Shown here in pieces: positions 15,992 to 23,559 of a DNA stretch of 26,084 nucleotides. A model generated the notes under the pieces. That model was not told where the DNA came from, did not search any database, and worked only from the letters and a program-made list of their open reading frames with translations. Within the stretch, counting starts at the first letter, position 1; each line of letters begins with the position of its first letter. The position numbers and the translations under genes were made by a program. The stretch covers positions 1-26,084 of the forward strand of contig JAGLGM010000008.1 in assembly GCA_023144035.1 (NCBI GenBank), written 5' to 3'. Source of the stretch: Candidatus Pacearchaeota archaeon (lineage in GTDB: Archaea > Nanobdellota > Nanobdellia > Pacearchaeales > GW2011-AR1).

Positions 15992-16496
15992 CGTCTTTTA
16001 TATCAGAACTTTCTACTACTGGATTTTCTTTTTTATCTGTAAAGTTTTTCTTTAACCATTTTTCAAAACTTTCTACTTTATTAATTGGAACAAATAAACT
16101 TATTTTATTTCCTCTTGGTTTACATATAAATCTGTATCTTACTCCAATATTAACTTCTTGCATTATTCCATCTTTTAACTTAATAGTTTTTGCATCCTTT
16201 TGTTCTAAAAATGTGAATCTACTTAATTCTCCATATTTTTCAAAATCAAAATCAAGTTTATAATTTTCTTCATTTACATTTAATGAAGAAGCAATACTAC
16301 TTGCTTTTGCTATAGAATATTCTTCGAAATCCATTCTTGCATTATATAAGTCATATGGTAAGTATTTACTTTGATATTTTGATTGAACTTTTGCAAGTTC
16401 TTTTAAAAATGCAGATAGAAATTCTACTGAATCAACTGAGATTATATCTGTTTTTTCAGTATCTGTTAATGGTCTGATTATATTAAAATTTGTCAT
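15981..16496 (-). CDS. Hypothetical protein, 171 aa
   Basis: ORF with an ATGA-type overlap to the upstream gene. No family recognised. Confidence 0.55.
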   Translation of the reverse strand: MTNFNIIRPLTDTEKTDIISVDSVEFLSAFLKELAKVQSKYQSKYLPYDLYNARMDFEEYSIAKASSIASSLNVNEENYKLDFDFEKYGELSRFTFLEQKDAKTIKLKDGIMQEVNIGVRYRFICKPRGNKISLFVPINKVESFEKWLKKNFTDKKENPVVESSDIKDDKE

Positions 16497-16777
16497 TATT
16501 TTTTACCTCCTTTTGATTCTTTTATATCTACTCCGTGTAAAATTTGATTTTCACCTACCTCTACTATAGATTTTAATTCACTTAATTTTTTATTAAACAT
16601 ACTAACTTCTGTTTTTAATTCTCTTATTTGTCTATTAACAACTATTTGAGCAGTATCAATAGCTAATTGTTTTTGAGGTAACAAAACTTCTTCCAAATAT
16701 TCTATATCTTCTTTATGAATAATTAAATTTTTTTCTGTCATTTGTTTTTCATAATTATTTAATTTTCTTTTTGTCAT
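16496..16777 (-). CDS. Hypothetical coiled-coil protein, 93 aa
   Basis: ORF in the operon with heptad-like Glu/Lys/Leu composition. Confidence 0.5.
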   Translation of the reverse strand: MTKRKLNNYEKQMTEKNLIIHKEDIEYLEEVLLPQKQLAIDTAQIVVNRQIRELKTEVSMFNKKLSELKSIVEVGENQILHGVDIKESKGGKK

Positions 16778-16952
16778 TATTTATTTTTACCTCCTTTTGA
16801 TTATAATCATATAAATCTATAAAAGATTGTAAATGAATTTGAACGAATTTAGATAAATCAAAAACTTTATTTGATTTTATAAATAAACATTGGTAATAAG
16901 GTAAACTTATTGAAATTACTTGATTTTTATTTTCTATTTTTTTACGTCCCAT
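16755..16952 (-). CDS. Small DNA-binding protein candidate (ribbon-helix-helix-like), 65 aa
   Basis: KNQVISISLPYYQCLFIK...DLSKFVQIHLQSFI fits the beta-strand / helix / helix pattern of RHH/CopG-type regulators. Motif-level only. Confidence 0.4.
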   Translation of the reverse strand: MGRKKIENKNQVISISLPYYQCLFIKSNKVFDLSKFVQIHLQSFIDLYDYNQKEVKINNDKKKIK

Positions 16953-17095
16953 TATTCATATATTAGTAATCCACTTTTAGTATTTTCATATTCATTTAAA
17001 ATATTTGGATAATGTACTCTCAACCATTCTTCAATATTTAAAAACATTCTTTCAGGACTTTGTAATTGATGTAAAATTTCTTTATTAGGTTTCAT
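16952..17095 (-). CDS. Small hypothetical protein, 47 aa
   Basis: Not in the track. Its ATG (complement of 17093-17095) overlaps the TGA of the upstream ORF (ATGA). Its TAA overlaps the ATG of the downstream ORF (TAATG). Translation: MKPNKEILHQLQSPERMFLNIEEWLRVHYPNILNEYENTKSGLLIYE. It exactly fills an otherwise empty gap. Confidence 0.5.
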   Translation of the reverse strand: MKPNKEILHQLQSPERMFLNIEEWLRVHYPNILNEYENTKSGLLIYE

Positions 17096-17358
17096 TGTAT
17101 ATATTTAGGATGTTTTTTATTTTTTTTAGATAAGATATCATTTTCTTCACATAAACGAAAATTAACTTCATTTTTTCTAAGTTGCTCTAATAATTCAAGT
17201 TCAATTTTAGCATATTCTAATATAGATAATTTATCACCTTCACTTTTAAAATTAGAAAATGTTCCATAATTTGGAATTCTAATTATTCCTGAAATATTAT
17301 GTTTATTAAAGAATTCATCTATTTCATCTAATATATTTTGTTTATCTTTCTTCTTCAC
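17092..17358 (-). CDS. Hypothetical protein, 88 aa
   Basis: ORF in the operon. No motif recognised. Confidence 0.5.
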   Translation of the reverse strand: MKKKDKQNILDEIDEFFNKHNISGIIRIPNYGTFSNFKSEGDKLSILEYAKIELELLEQLRKNEVNFRLCEENDILSKKNKKHPKYIQ

Positions 17359-17560
17359 TTATTTTATCCTGAGTTAATATATTTCCTTTTTCCTTGTCAC
17401 TCTTATTTGTTCCTTTTATTCTATTTACTTTTATACCTTTTTGTTCAAGTGCATCACAAATGCCAATTAAAATCCCTGAATCATCCATTGTAATTTCTAT
17501 TACATCCATTTCAACTAAATCATCTACTAAATCTGTAAATTTACATTTATATTTATTCAT
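17342..17560 (-). CDS. Hypothetical protein, 72 aa
   Basis: ORF overlapping both neighbours by a few codons. No motif recognised. Confidence 0.45.
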   Translation of the reverse strand: MNKYKCKFTDLVDDLVEMDVIEITMDDSGILIGICDALEQKGIKVNRIKGTNKSDKEKGNILTQDKISEEER

Positions 17561-19466
17561 TTTTCTTTATTAATAAATTTAATATGGTATCTTTTTCTAA
17601 ATCTTCCATTGATAAATTAATATCACATTCATCTGGATTATCAACTAATACTGCTCCAGCAGTTTCAAGTAAATCATTTAATGTTATTGCATTTTTATAA
17701 AAATTAAATAAATAATTTCTACTTTTTTCAGTAGTTTCTAAATTACCAGAAGTTATTGAATTACCTAAATATGATTCTGTAAAATAAAATCTACATTCAT
17801 TTGGTTCAGTTGTTACAAGTCCTAATACTTTTTGTCTTTGGTTTATTTTTGTTTTTGCGATTCCAATAACATTATTTGGATTAACCATATAATTTCTAGT
17901 AAATCTAGTTATTTGGTCTTCTGCTACTAACATTTTAAATGGGACTTCAATTTTTTCATTATAATTATAATAATTTAACATTACTATAAAAGATTCATTT
18001 TCTTGTTTCTTCATATAAAATAATTCTGAAGCACCTTTTGGTTTTGGAGCAGCAGTTAAATCTCCTGAAAATAAAACATTTCTTTCATCATCTCTATATC
18101 TTCCATCCCAACCTATTTTTCCTTGAGTTGCATTTATAATAGATAAATCTAAGTCAATAGTGTGGCTTCCTACGTCTTCCCAATGAATCCCAAATACCAT
18201 ATCTTTTGGAATTGTAATATAAGTTCCTGATGGTAAATTTCCTGTAAATTGTTTTTCTGTTGCTGGTAATGTATATTTAACATTTTCTGGAATGTATATT
18301 TTTTTACCATCTACATTTTGTTTCATATCTGAAATAATAGATTCGATAACTAATTTAAAAACATGTTTTGCTACTATTTTATTTTCAAAATTAAAATCTG
18401 TTGAATATGATTTACCATTTCTAATTTTATACATAATTGAATCTGCATCTTCTGTTCGAAATTTTAATGCATATGCTAATCTTATTTTTCTAAATATATT
18501 AACTTTTGAAAGTTCATTTGTTAATTTATGTATTGGTTCTTGTAATATACTTCCATCTTTAATTTTAGCAGTTATATTATTAAGATAATCTTCTGGCATT
18601 GGTTTATGAAATATATTTGCATATTTTCTAATTCTATTTATATAACTATTTAATTGAATATTAGTTTTAAATGCTAAAAATATTGGTTTAAATCTATAAA
18701 ATATTTTTGATAATTCTTCTAGTCCATATTTTCTTTTATATTTTGTAAATAATACATTGATATTTAAATTATTTTTTCCTTTAATATCTTCTATTAAATC
18801 TTTATTTTTTATTAAAAGAGTTTTACCTGTAGATTTATATACAATATACCTTAAAAATTCTATTGGAATTCTTGGTATAATATTTAGATAATCATATAAC
18901 ATTATTTTAACTTCTTTATTTTTAATATTTTCAATTTCTTCATTTGTAATTTCTAAAAAAGTTGCTAAATCTGTAACATCTATTATAGTTTCTTCTGCTA
19001 ATGCTATTCCTGAATTTAAAAGTTTTAATAATTTTTCTTTTAATTCTTCTTTTGTATATCCTTTAATAACTGTTAATTTTATTTTATCTAATTCTATTTC
19101 TGGAACATCTAATTGTTCGGTTGGAATATAAACAGAATCTTTATCATAAATTCCTAATCTTTGAAATCCATAAGTTGTAATATAATGAATTATTTGTTCA
19201 ACTACTAATTGTTCTATACTTGCATCTCTAACTTTTTGCCATGATTTGTGAAAAGAATTATTCATTTGCTCACCTGTTAATCCAACTTCTTTTTCTACTA
19301 AAGTTATTAAATTACTTAATTCAACTTGAGAATAATTATCAACAACTTCTTTAGAGAAAATAAATCCTTTTGGAATGGTTTCTTCCAATATTCTTCTAGG
19401 ATAATCTCTTGTAAGTTTTTGTAATTCTATTGGTACTGCTTTGAAAAGTTTGATTGTTGATTTCAT
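17553..19466 (-). CDS. Large hypothetical protein (637 aa): unknown ~420-aa N-terminal region plus a TerD-like C-terminal beta-sandwich domain
   Basis: First gene of the minus-strand operon. The C-terminal segment is VFGIHWEDVGSHTIDLDLSIINATQGKIGW...VLFSGDLTAAPKPKGASELF...FIVMLNYYN. By eye it aligns with the TerD pattern GLGWD...DLDASAFLL...H(T/S)GDNxTGEGxGDDE...IIFVVTIHD. Confidence 0.7.
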   Translation of the reverse strand: MKSTIKLFKAVPIELQKLTRDYPRRILEETIPKGFIFSKEVVDNYSQVELSNLITLVEKEVGLTGEQMNNSFHKSWQKVRDASIEQLVVEQIIHYITTYGFQRLGIYDKDSVYIPTEQLDVPEIELDKIKLTVIKGYTKEELKEKLLKLLNSGIALAEETIIDVTDLATFLEITNEEIENIKNKEVKIMLYDYLNIIPRIPIEFLRYIVYKSTGKTLLIKNKDLIEDIKGKNNLNINVLFTKYKRKYGLEELSKIFYRFKPIFLAFKTNIQLNSYINRIRKYANIFHKPMPEDYLNNITAKIKDGSILQEPIHKLTNELSKVNIFRKIRLAYALKFRTEDADSIMYKIRNGKSYSTDFNFENKIVAKHVFKLVIESIISDMKQNVDGKKIYIPENVKYTLPATEKQFTGNLPSGTYITIPKDMVFGIHWEDVGSHTIDLDLSIINATQGKIGWDGRYRDDERNVLFSGDLTAAPKPKGASELFYMKKQENESFIVMLNYYNYNEKIEVPFKMLVAEDQITRFTRNYMVNPNNVIGIAKTKINQRQKVLGLVTTEPNECRFYFTESYLGNSITSGNLETTEKSRNYLFNFYKNAITLNDLLETAGAVLVDNPDECDINLSMEDLEKDTILNLLIKKNE

Positions 19467-19499
19467 TTTTCTTTTTTTAATTAAGACGGGAGGTAAATA

Positions 19500-19525
19500 T
19501 AGAATGGGTATATATACCCATTCTA
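19500..19525. promoter_or_regulatory. Perfect 26-bp palindrome (candidate operator or RNA hairpin) in the divergent control region
   Basis: tagaatgggtata|tatacccattcta is perfectly self-complementary. It lies 34 nt upstream of the 637-aa gene start and contains the ATG of the SD-preceded small plus-strand ORF. Confidence 0.6.
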
Positions 19526-19635
19526 ACAGTTTTAATGTTAGTATTAGGAACCTCGTATGTCTTAAATATAATTGGCGAGGAGTAAATGGTTACATCAAAT
19601 TGTATTATATATTAGGAACTCCTTGTGCCTTATAA
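19504..19635 (+). CDS. Candidate small protein, 43 aa
   Basis: Internal start of the supplied 19441..19635 ORF. GGGAGGT at 19488-19494 lies 9 nt before the ATG at 19504. Translation: MGIYTHSNSFNVSIRNLVCLKYNWRGVNGYIKLYYILGTPCAL. The region is less AT-rich than other intergenic DNA. It could instead be non-coding regulatory sequence. Confidence 0.35.
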   Translation: MGIYTHSNSFNVSIRNLVCLKYNWRGVNGYIKLYYILGTPCAL

Positions 19636-19648
19636 TATAATTATTAAT

Positions 19649-19684
19649 TATAAGTTTATAAATATATTTATAATAGATTATATA
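19649..19684 (+). promoter_or_regulatory. Upstream module copy B (RNA-repair operon)
   Basis: 33 of 36 identical to 10571-10606. It is followed at 19736-19752 by AATAAAAAGATTTAAATA, matching AATAAAAAGTATTTAAAT at 10627-10646. That core ends 29 nt before the ATG at 19781, which has no SD. Confidence 0.6.
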
Positions 19685-19780
19685 TAATATAGTATATATG
19701 ATAGATTATAATAATATGTTTTCATTCTATAATGAATAAAAAGATTTAAATACTAATTTAAATTAAATATATTAAATAAG

Positions 19781-20878
19781 ATGGTAGAAGAAAAAATAGT
19801 AACTTTATTAAAAGAAGTGGAAAGAATTATGAGTCCTTATAATATATATGCTGTTGGTGGATGTGTAAGAGATTCACTTTTAGGAGTTGAACCAAAAGAT
19901 TATGATTTCTGTACAAATGCATCTCCAGATGAAATTGAAGAAAAAGTAAAAGCAGATGGTAAAAGAGCATATTTAACTGGTAAAAGATTTGGAACTATTG
20001 GATTTAAAATAGAATATGAAGGTAAATTTGAAATGATAGAAGTTACTACTTTTCGAACAGAAGAATATGAAAAAGGAAATCGAAAACCTGATGTTAAATT
20101 TGTAAAAAATATACAAATTGATTTAGGTAGACGTGATTTTACAATCAATGCAATGGCAATGAGATTAACAAATGATGGAAAATTAAGATTAATAGACCCC
20201 CATGATGGTGAAGAAGATTTATTAAAATGGAGATTAATTAGATGTGTTGGTAATCCTAAAATGAGATTTAAAGAAGACCCATTAAGAATGTTGAGAGCAA
20301 TTAGATTTAGTTGTAGATTTAATTATGAAATTGAACAAAAGACAATGGAAAAAATGATGAGTGGAGCAATACAAATTTTAAATATATCGAAGGAAAGATG
20401 GATGATGGAATTAGATAAAATATTACAATCAGAAAATGTAGAAAGAGGATTAATGGATTTATGGCAATCTAATTTATTTAAATTTATGATTCCTGAATTA
20501 GAACTAATGAGTGACTATGACCAAAATTCTCAATATCATCCTTGGAAATTAGATGTTCATACAATTAAAGTAGTTGAAGCTGTTAGAAAAGAAACAGATG
20601 ATTTGAATATGTTATGGGCTGGATTATTACACGATATTGCTAAACCGTTTATAAGAACAAATAAAACATTAAAAACTTCTGGAGAACAATTAAAACAAGG
20701 ACGAACATATAAATCAAACTACATTGGACATGAAATATTAGGAGCAGAAATGGTAAATAGAATTGCTACTCATTTAAATTGGTCTAAAGAAAGACATGAA
20801 AAAGTTGTTGAGTTAGTTAGAAATCACTTAGAAAATGATTGTCCTTTGAGAAAATTTGACCAGGAGGGTAAGAAATGA
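19781..20878 (+). CDS. cca: Class II tRNA nucleotidyltransferase (CCA-adding enzyme) with C-terminal HD phosphohydrolase domain (365 aa)
   Basis: Motifs GGCVRDSLLG...KDYDF, RRDFTINAMA and EDPLRMLRAIRF mark the PolyA_pol head and neck. WAGLLHDIAKP...GHE marks the HD domain. Confidence 0.85.
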   Translation: MVEEKIVTLLKEVERIMSPYNIYAVGGCVRDSLLGVEPKDYDFCTNASPDEIEEKVKADGKRAYLTGKRFGTIGFKIEYEGKFEMIEVTTFRTEEYEKGNRKPDVKFVKNIQIDLGRRDFTINAMAMRLTNDGKLRLIDPHDGEEDLLKWRLIRCVGNPKMRFKEDPLRMLRAIRFSCRFNYEIEQKTMEKMMSGAIQILNISKERWMMELDKILQSENVERGLMDLWQSNLFKFMIPELELMSDYDQNSQYHPWKLDVHTIKVVEAVRKETDDLNMLWAGLLHDIAKPFIRTNKTLKTSGEQLKQGRTYKSNYIGHEILGAEMVNRIATHLNWSKERHEKVVELVRNHLENDCPLRKFDQEGKK

Positions 20879-21264
20879 CAGACATAATAATTTACACAAC
20901 AAAAGAAGTTTTAGAACATAAAAAGAAAGATGGAATTGGAAAGAAAGGAGATTATTGTTACTGGACTTTTAAAAATAAACCTCAAAAATTAAAGAGGTTT
21001 GATAGAATTTATTTTGCTATTGATAAAAAAATTATTGGTTCTTTTAGAATACACGATATTTGTGGAAATAGACAAGGGTGTTCTCCACCACATTATTATA
21101 GTGAAGAAAAAAATAAGTCAATAAGTCAAGAAGAAAGTCTTGATAGTAGAAGTGATAATATTGAAATTCATTTCTTTAGTGAATCTTGGGAAAATATTAA
21201 ACCAATTCTGACAAAACCATTTCAAGGATTTAAATATGCTGATAAAGTTATAGAATTAAAATGA
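20875..21264 (+). CDS. Hypothetical protein, 129 aa (possible small PUA/ASCH-like beta-barrel)
   Basis: ATGA overlap with cca. The pattern RIYFAIDKKIIGSFRIHDI ... FQGFKYADK weakly recalls ASCH/PUA-like domains. This is a guess. Confidence 0.5.
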   Translation: MTDIIIYTTKEVLEHKKKDGIGKKGDYCYWTFKNKPQKLKRFDRIYFAIDKKIIGSFRIHDICGNRQGCSPPHYYSEEKNKSISQEESLDSRSDNIEIHFFSESWENIKPILTKPFQGFKYADKVIELK

Positions 21265-21268
21265 AAAA

Positions 21269-21664
21269 ATGACAGACGAAATAAAAATACCATACAAACA
21301 ATATGTAATAGTACCTAGAAAACCTAAAATGAGTAAAGGTAAAATCGCAAGTCAGGTGGCTCACGCTACATTCATGGCTTTGGAGAATCAAAAAAATATA
21401 CCTTTAAGAGCTGGCAATTTACCATCTGGATATTTAATTGAAGAATGGAAAAATAAAGGAATGTGTGTTATTGTTTTACAATGTAAAGATGAACAAGCAT
21501 TAAATAACATGGCCAAATATTTAGAACAATGGAATATTTCACATCACCTTTATATTGATGAAGGATTATATGGATGTAAACTATTTACAGCAACTGCTCT
21601 TGCTACAGGAGTATTAACAGAAGAACAATATTGGATGTTTGATAATATGAGGTTGTTTAAATGA
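21269..21664 (+). CDS. Peptidyl-tRNA hydrolase, PTH2 (archaeal/eukaryotic) type (131 aa)
   Basis: KMSKGKIASQVAHATFMAL matches the hallmark PTH2 motif (M)GKGK(L/I)AAQ(V/C)(A/S)HAA. It is followed by W...G..(V)IVL(Q)..DE..L and a C-terminal TA.A.G segment, as in PTH2. Size is typical. Confidence 0.75.
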   Translation: MTDEIKIPYKQYVIVPRKPKMSKGKIASQVAHATFMALENQKNIPLRAGNLPSGYLIEEWKNKGMCVIVLQCKDEQALNNMAKYLEQWNISHHLYIDEGLYGCKLFTATALATGVLTEEQYWMFDNMRLFK

Positions 21665-21939
21665 CATTTAATATATTTAAAAATAAAAAAGAAAAATATA
21701 ATCCAATTTTTAAAATTGGAGACCACGTGGTTTTAATAAAAAATGAAGAATATGCTTATAGTAATCCAATGTATATTTATGAAGTCACTAAGGTTAATAT
21801 TGAAACTATATATGTCCACGGAATTCTTGTTAATATTAATTATATTAATATAAAAAATTGTTGTGGTGGTGGAGAACATTGTGGATTAGATGCTGATAAA
21901 TTTAGATTAATAAGAAGAAAGAAGTGTTATAAAAAATAA
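21661..21939 (+). CDS. Hypothetical protein, 92 aa
   Basis: ATGA overlap with the PTH2 gene. Contains NCCGGGEHCG. No family recognised. Confidence 0.5.
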   Translation: MTFNIFKNKKEKYNPIFKIGDHVVLIKNEEYAYSNPMYIYEVTKVNIETIYVHGILVNINYINIKNCCGGGEHCGLDADKFRLIRRKKCYKK

Positions 21940-21940
21940 A

Positions 21941-23137
21941 ATGAAACAAATATATTACAATAAAGAACAACAGAAAATACCAATTAAGAGTTGGGTAACT
22001 GATATAGAAAGTGGAGCATTAGACCAAGCTAAAAATTTATCTAAAATACCATTCGCATTTAAGCATATAGCATTAATGCCAGATGCTCATCAAGGATTCG
22101 GAATGCCTATTGGAGGAGTAATGGCTACTAAGAATGTTGTAATCCCGAACGCGGTCGGGGTAGATATCGGTTGTGGAATGTGTTCTGTTAAAACATCTAT
22201 AAAAGTTGAAGATTTTGATATTGATACTCTTAAAAAAATAATGGGAGAAATAAGAAAAACTATTCCTGTTGGTTTTAGTCATAGGCAAACTTCATGTGAA
22301 GATAAAGAAATGCCATTAGGAGCTAAACCAATTTATATGAAAATAGTTTCTGAAGAATGGGCATCTGCAAGTAATCAATTAGGAACTCTTGGTGGAGGAA
22401 ATCATTTCATTGAAATGCAAAAAGGAGATGACGGATTTATTTGGATTATGATTCATAGTGGAAGTAGAAATTTAGGACATAAAGTAGCAAGTCATTATAA
22501 TAATATTGCTAAAGAATTAAATAAGAAATGGGCTTCAAGTATTCCTCCTTCTTATGATTTAGCATTCTTACCTTTAGATAGTAATGAAGGAAAAGCATAT
22601 TTAGAAGAAATGGATTATTGTGTTGAATTTGCTTTAGCTAATAGACAAAAAATGATGGACGATATTCAAAATATTATTTATAGTATTATGTTTGATGATA
22701 AAAAAATAGATGTAGAATATCAACCAATGATTAATATAGCTCATAATTATGCAGTAATGGAAAATCATTTTGGAGAAAATGTAATGGTTCATAGAAAAGG
22801 TGCAACAAAAGCTACTAAAGGATTAAAAGGAATTATTCCAGGTAGTCAAGGAACTTGTAGTTACATAGTTGAAGGATTAGGTAATAAAGAAAGTTTTCAA
22901 TCATGTAGTCATGGAGCTGGAAGAAAAATGGGAAGAAAAGATGCTCAAAGAAGATTAAATTTAGAAGAGGAAAAAACTAAATTAGAAGAAAAAGGAATTA
23001 TCCATTCAATTAGAAATGTAAAAGATTTAGATGAAGCATCTGGAGCATATAAAGATATTGACCAAGTCATGGTCAATCAAAATGACCTAGTTAAAATTTT
23101 AGTTAAATTAGAGCCGTTGGGGGTTATTAAGGGATGA
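21941..23137 (+). CDS. rtcB: RtcB RNA 3'-phosphate/2',3'-cyclic phosphate ligase (398 aa)
   Basis: Essentially all signature motifs are present: PDAHQGFGMPIGGV, GVDIGCGM, GGGNHFIE, HSGSRNLGH, AHNY, HRKGAT, PGSQG and SCSHGAGR (the guanylylated His region). Confidence 0.95.
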   Translation: MKQIYYNKEQQKIPIKSWVTDIESGALDQAKNLSKIPFAFKHIALMPDAHQGFGMPIGGVMATKNVVIPNAVGVDIGCGMCSVKTSIKVEDFDIDTLKKIMGEIRKTIPVGFSHRQTSCEDKEMPLGAKPIYMKIVSEEWASASNQLGTLGGGNHFIEMQKGDDGFIWIMIHSGSRNLGHKVASHYNNIAKELNKKWASSIPPSYDLAFLPLDSNEGKAYLEEMDYCVEFALANRQKMMDDIQNIIYSIMFDDKKIDVEYQPMINIAHNYAVMENHFGENVMVHRKGATKATKGLKGIIPGSQGTCSYIVEGLGNKESFQSCSHGAGRKMGRKDAQRRLNLEEEKTKLEEKGIIHSIRNVKDLDEASGAYKDIDQVMVNQNDLVKILVKLEPLGVIKG

Positions 23138-23559
23138 TGGAAAAAATAAATATATTAATAAAAAAAGGAATAGTCAAAAGAAAACCTGGTTATTTATATT
23201 ATATAAATAGAGAAGGAGATTTATATGCAGTAGAAGCAAAAAAAGGACGAGAAAAAGGAGATGAAAAAAATAAATCATGTATAAGAAAGAATAAAATAAT
23301 TAGAAATTTAGAAGAAGAAAAAGAAGATTTAAAATTAAAATATAAACTTAAAAAGAAAAAACAAATTAGAAATTTAAAAGAAGAAAAACAATTTTTTAAA
23401 TTAAAATGTAAACTTAAAAAGAAAAAACAACTTGAACAAATTAAAGAAGATATAGATAATAAACTTAATGGATTAGAATTCGATAGAAGTAAATTTATGA
23501 AAAATTGGTGGAAAGAAAATAAAAATAAAAATGAAATCAAAAATTCTAAAATTAATTAA
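23134..23559 (+). CDS. Lys-rich repeat protein, 141 aa
   Basis: ATGA overlap with rtcB. The N-terminal segment is GIVKRKPGYLYYINREGDLYAV. Two 22-aa repeats follow (IRNLEEEKEDLKLKYKLKKKKQ / IRNLKEEKQFFKLKCKLKKKKQ). Low-complexity sequence, so coding status is less certain than for its neighbours. Confidence 0.5.
   Translation: MMEKINILIKKGIVKRKPGYLYYINREGDLYAVEAKKGREKGDEKNKSCIRKNKIIRNLEEEKEDLKLKYKLKKKKQIRNLKEEKQFFKLKCKLKKKKQLEQIKEDIDNKLNGLEFDRSKFMKNWWKENKNKNEIKNSKIN
23298..23429 (+). repeat. 66-bp tandem duplication (2 units) inside the Lys-rich ORF
   Basis: Units 23298-23363 and 23364-23429 both start aattagaaattta and end taaacttaaaaagaaaaaaca. They are about 90 percent identical by eye and stay in frame (22 aa). 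Confidence 0.85.
23526..23558 (+). repeat. 33-bp direct repeat, copy 1 (spans the stop of the 141-aa ORF and the start of the 71-aa ORF)
   Basis: taaaaatgaaatcaaaaattctaaaattaattaaa versus 23704-23736 taaaaatgaaatcaaaaattctaaaactaataaaa, with 2 mismatches. Confidence 0.9.

Noticed and set aside
14751-16055. Plus-strand ORFs 14751..14933, 15694..15885 and 15846..16055
   Set aside because: They are antisense to the terminase, TerS-like and 171-aa genes. They cross gene junctions and a terminator hairpin.
18292-18588. 98-aa plus-strand ORF
   Set aside because: It is antisense within the 637-aa gene.
19441-19503. The 5' extension of the supplied 64-aa ORF (start at 19441)
   Set aside because: That start overlaps the 637-aa gene start on the opposite strand and has no SD. 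The internal ATG at 19504 has GGGAGGT 9 nt upstream. Even that shorter ORF is only tentative.
19467-19640. The less AT-rich intergenic stretch as a tRNA or Y-RNA-like gene, given the RtcB context
   Set aside because: I could not fold a cloverleaf. There is no GTTCRANYC T-loop box or matching acceptor stem on either strand. The only strong structure is the 26-bp palindrome.
19900-20148. 82-aa minus-strand ORF
   Set aside because: It is antisense within the motif-rich cca gene.
22073-22288. 71-aa minus-strand ORF
   Set aside because: It is antisense within rtcB.
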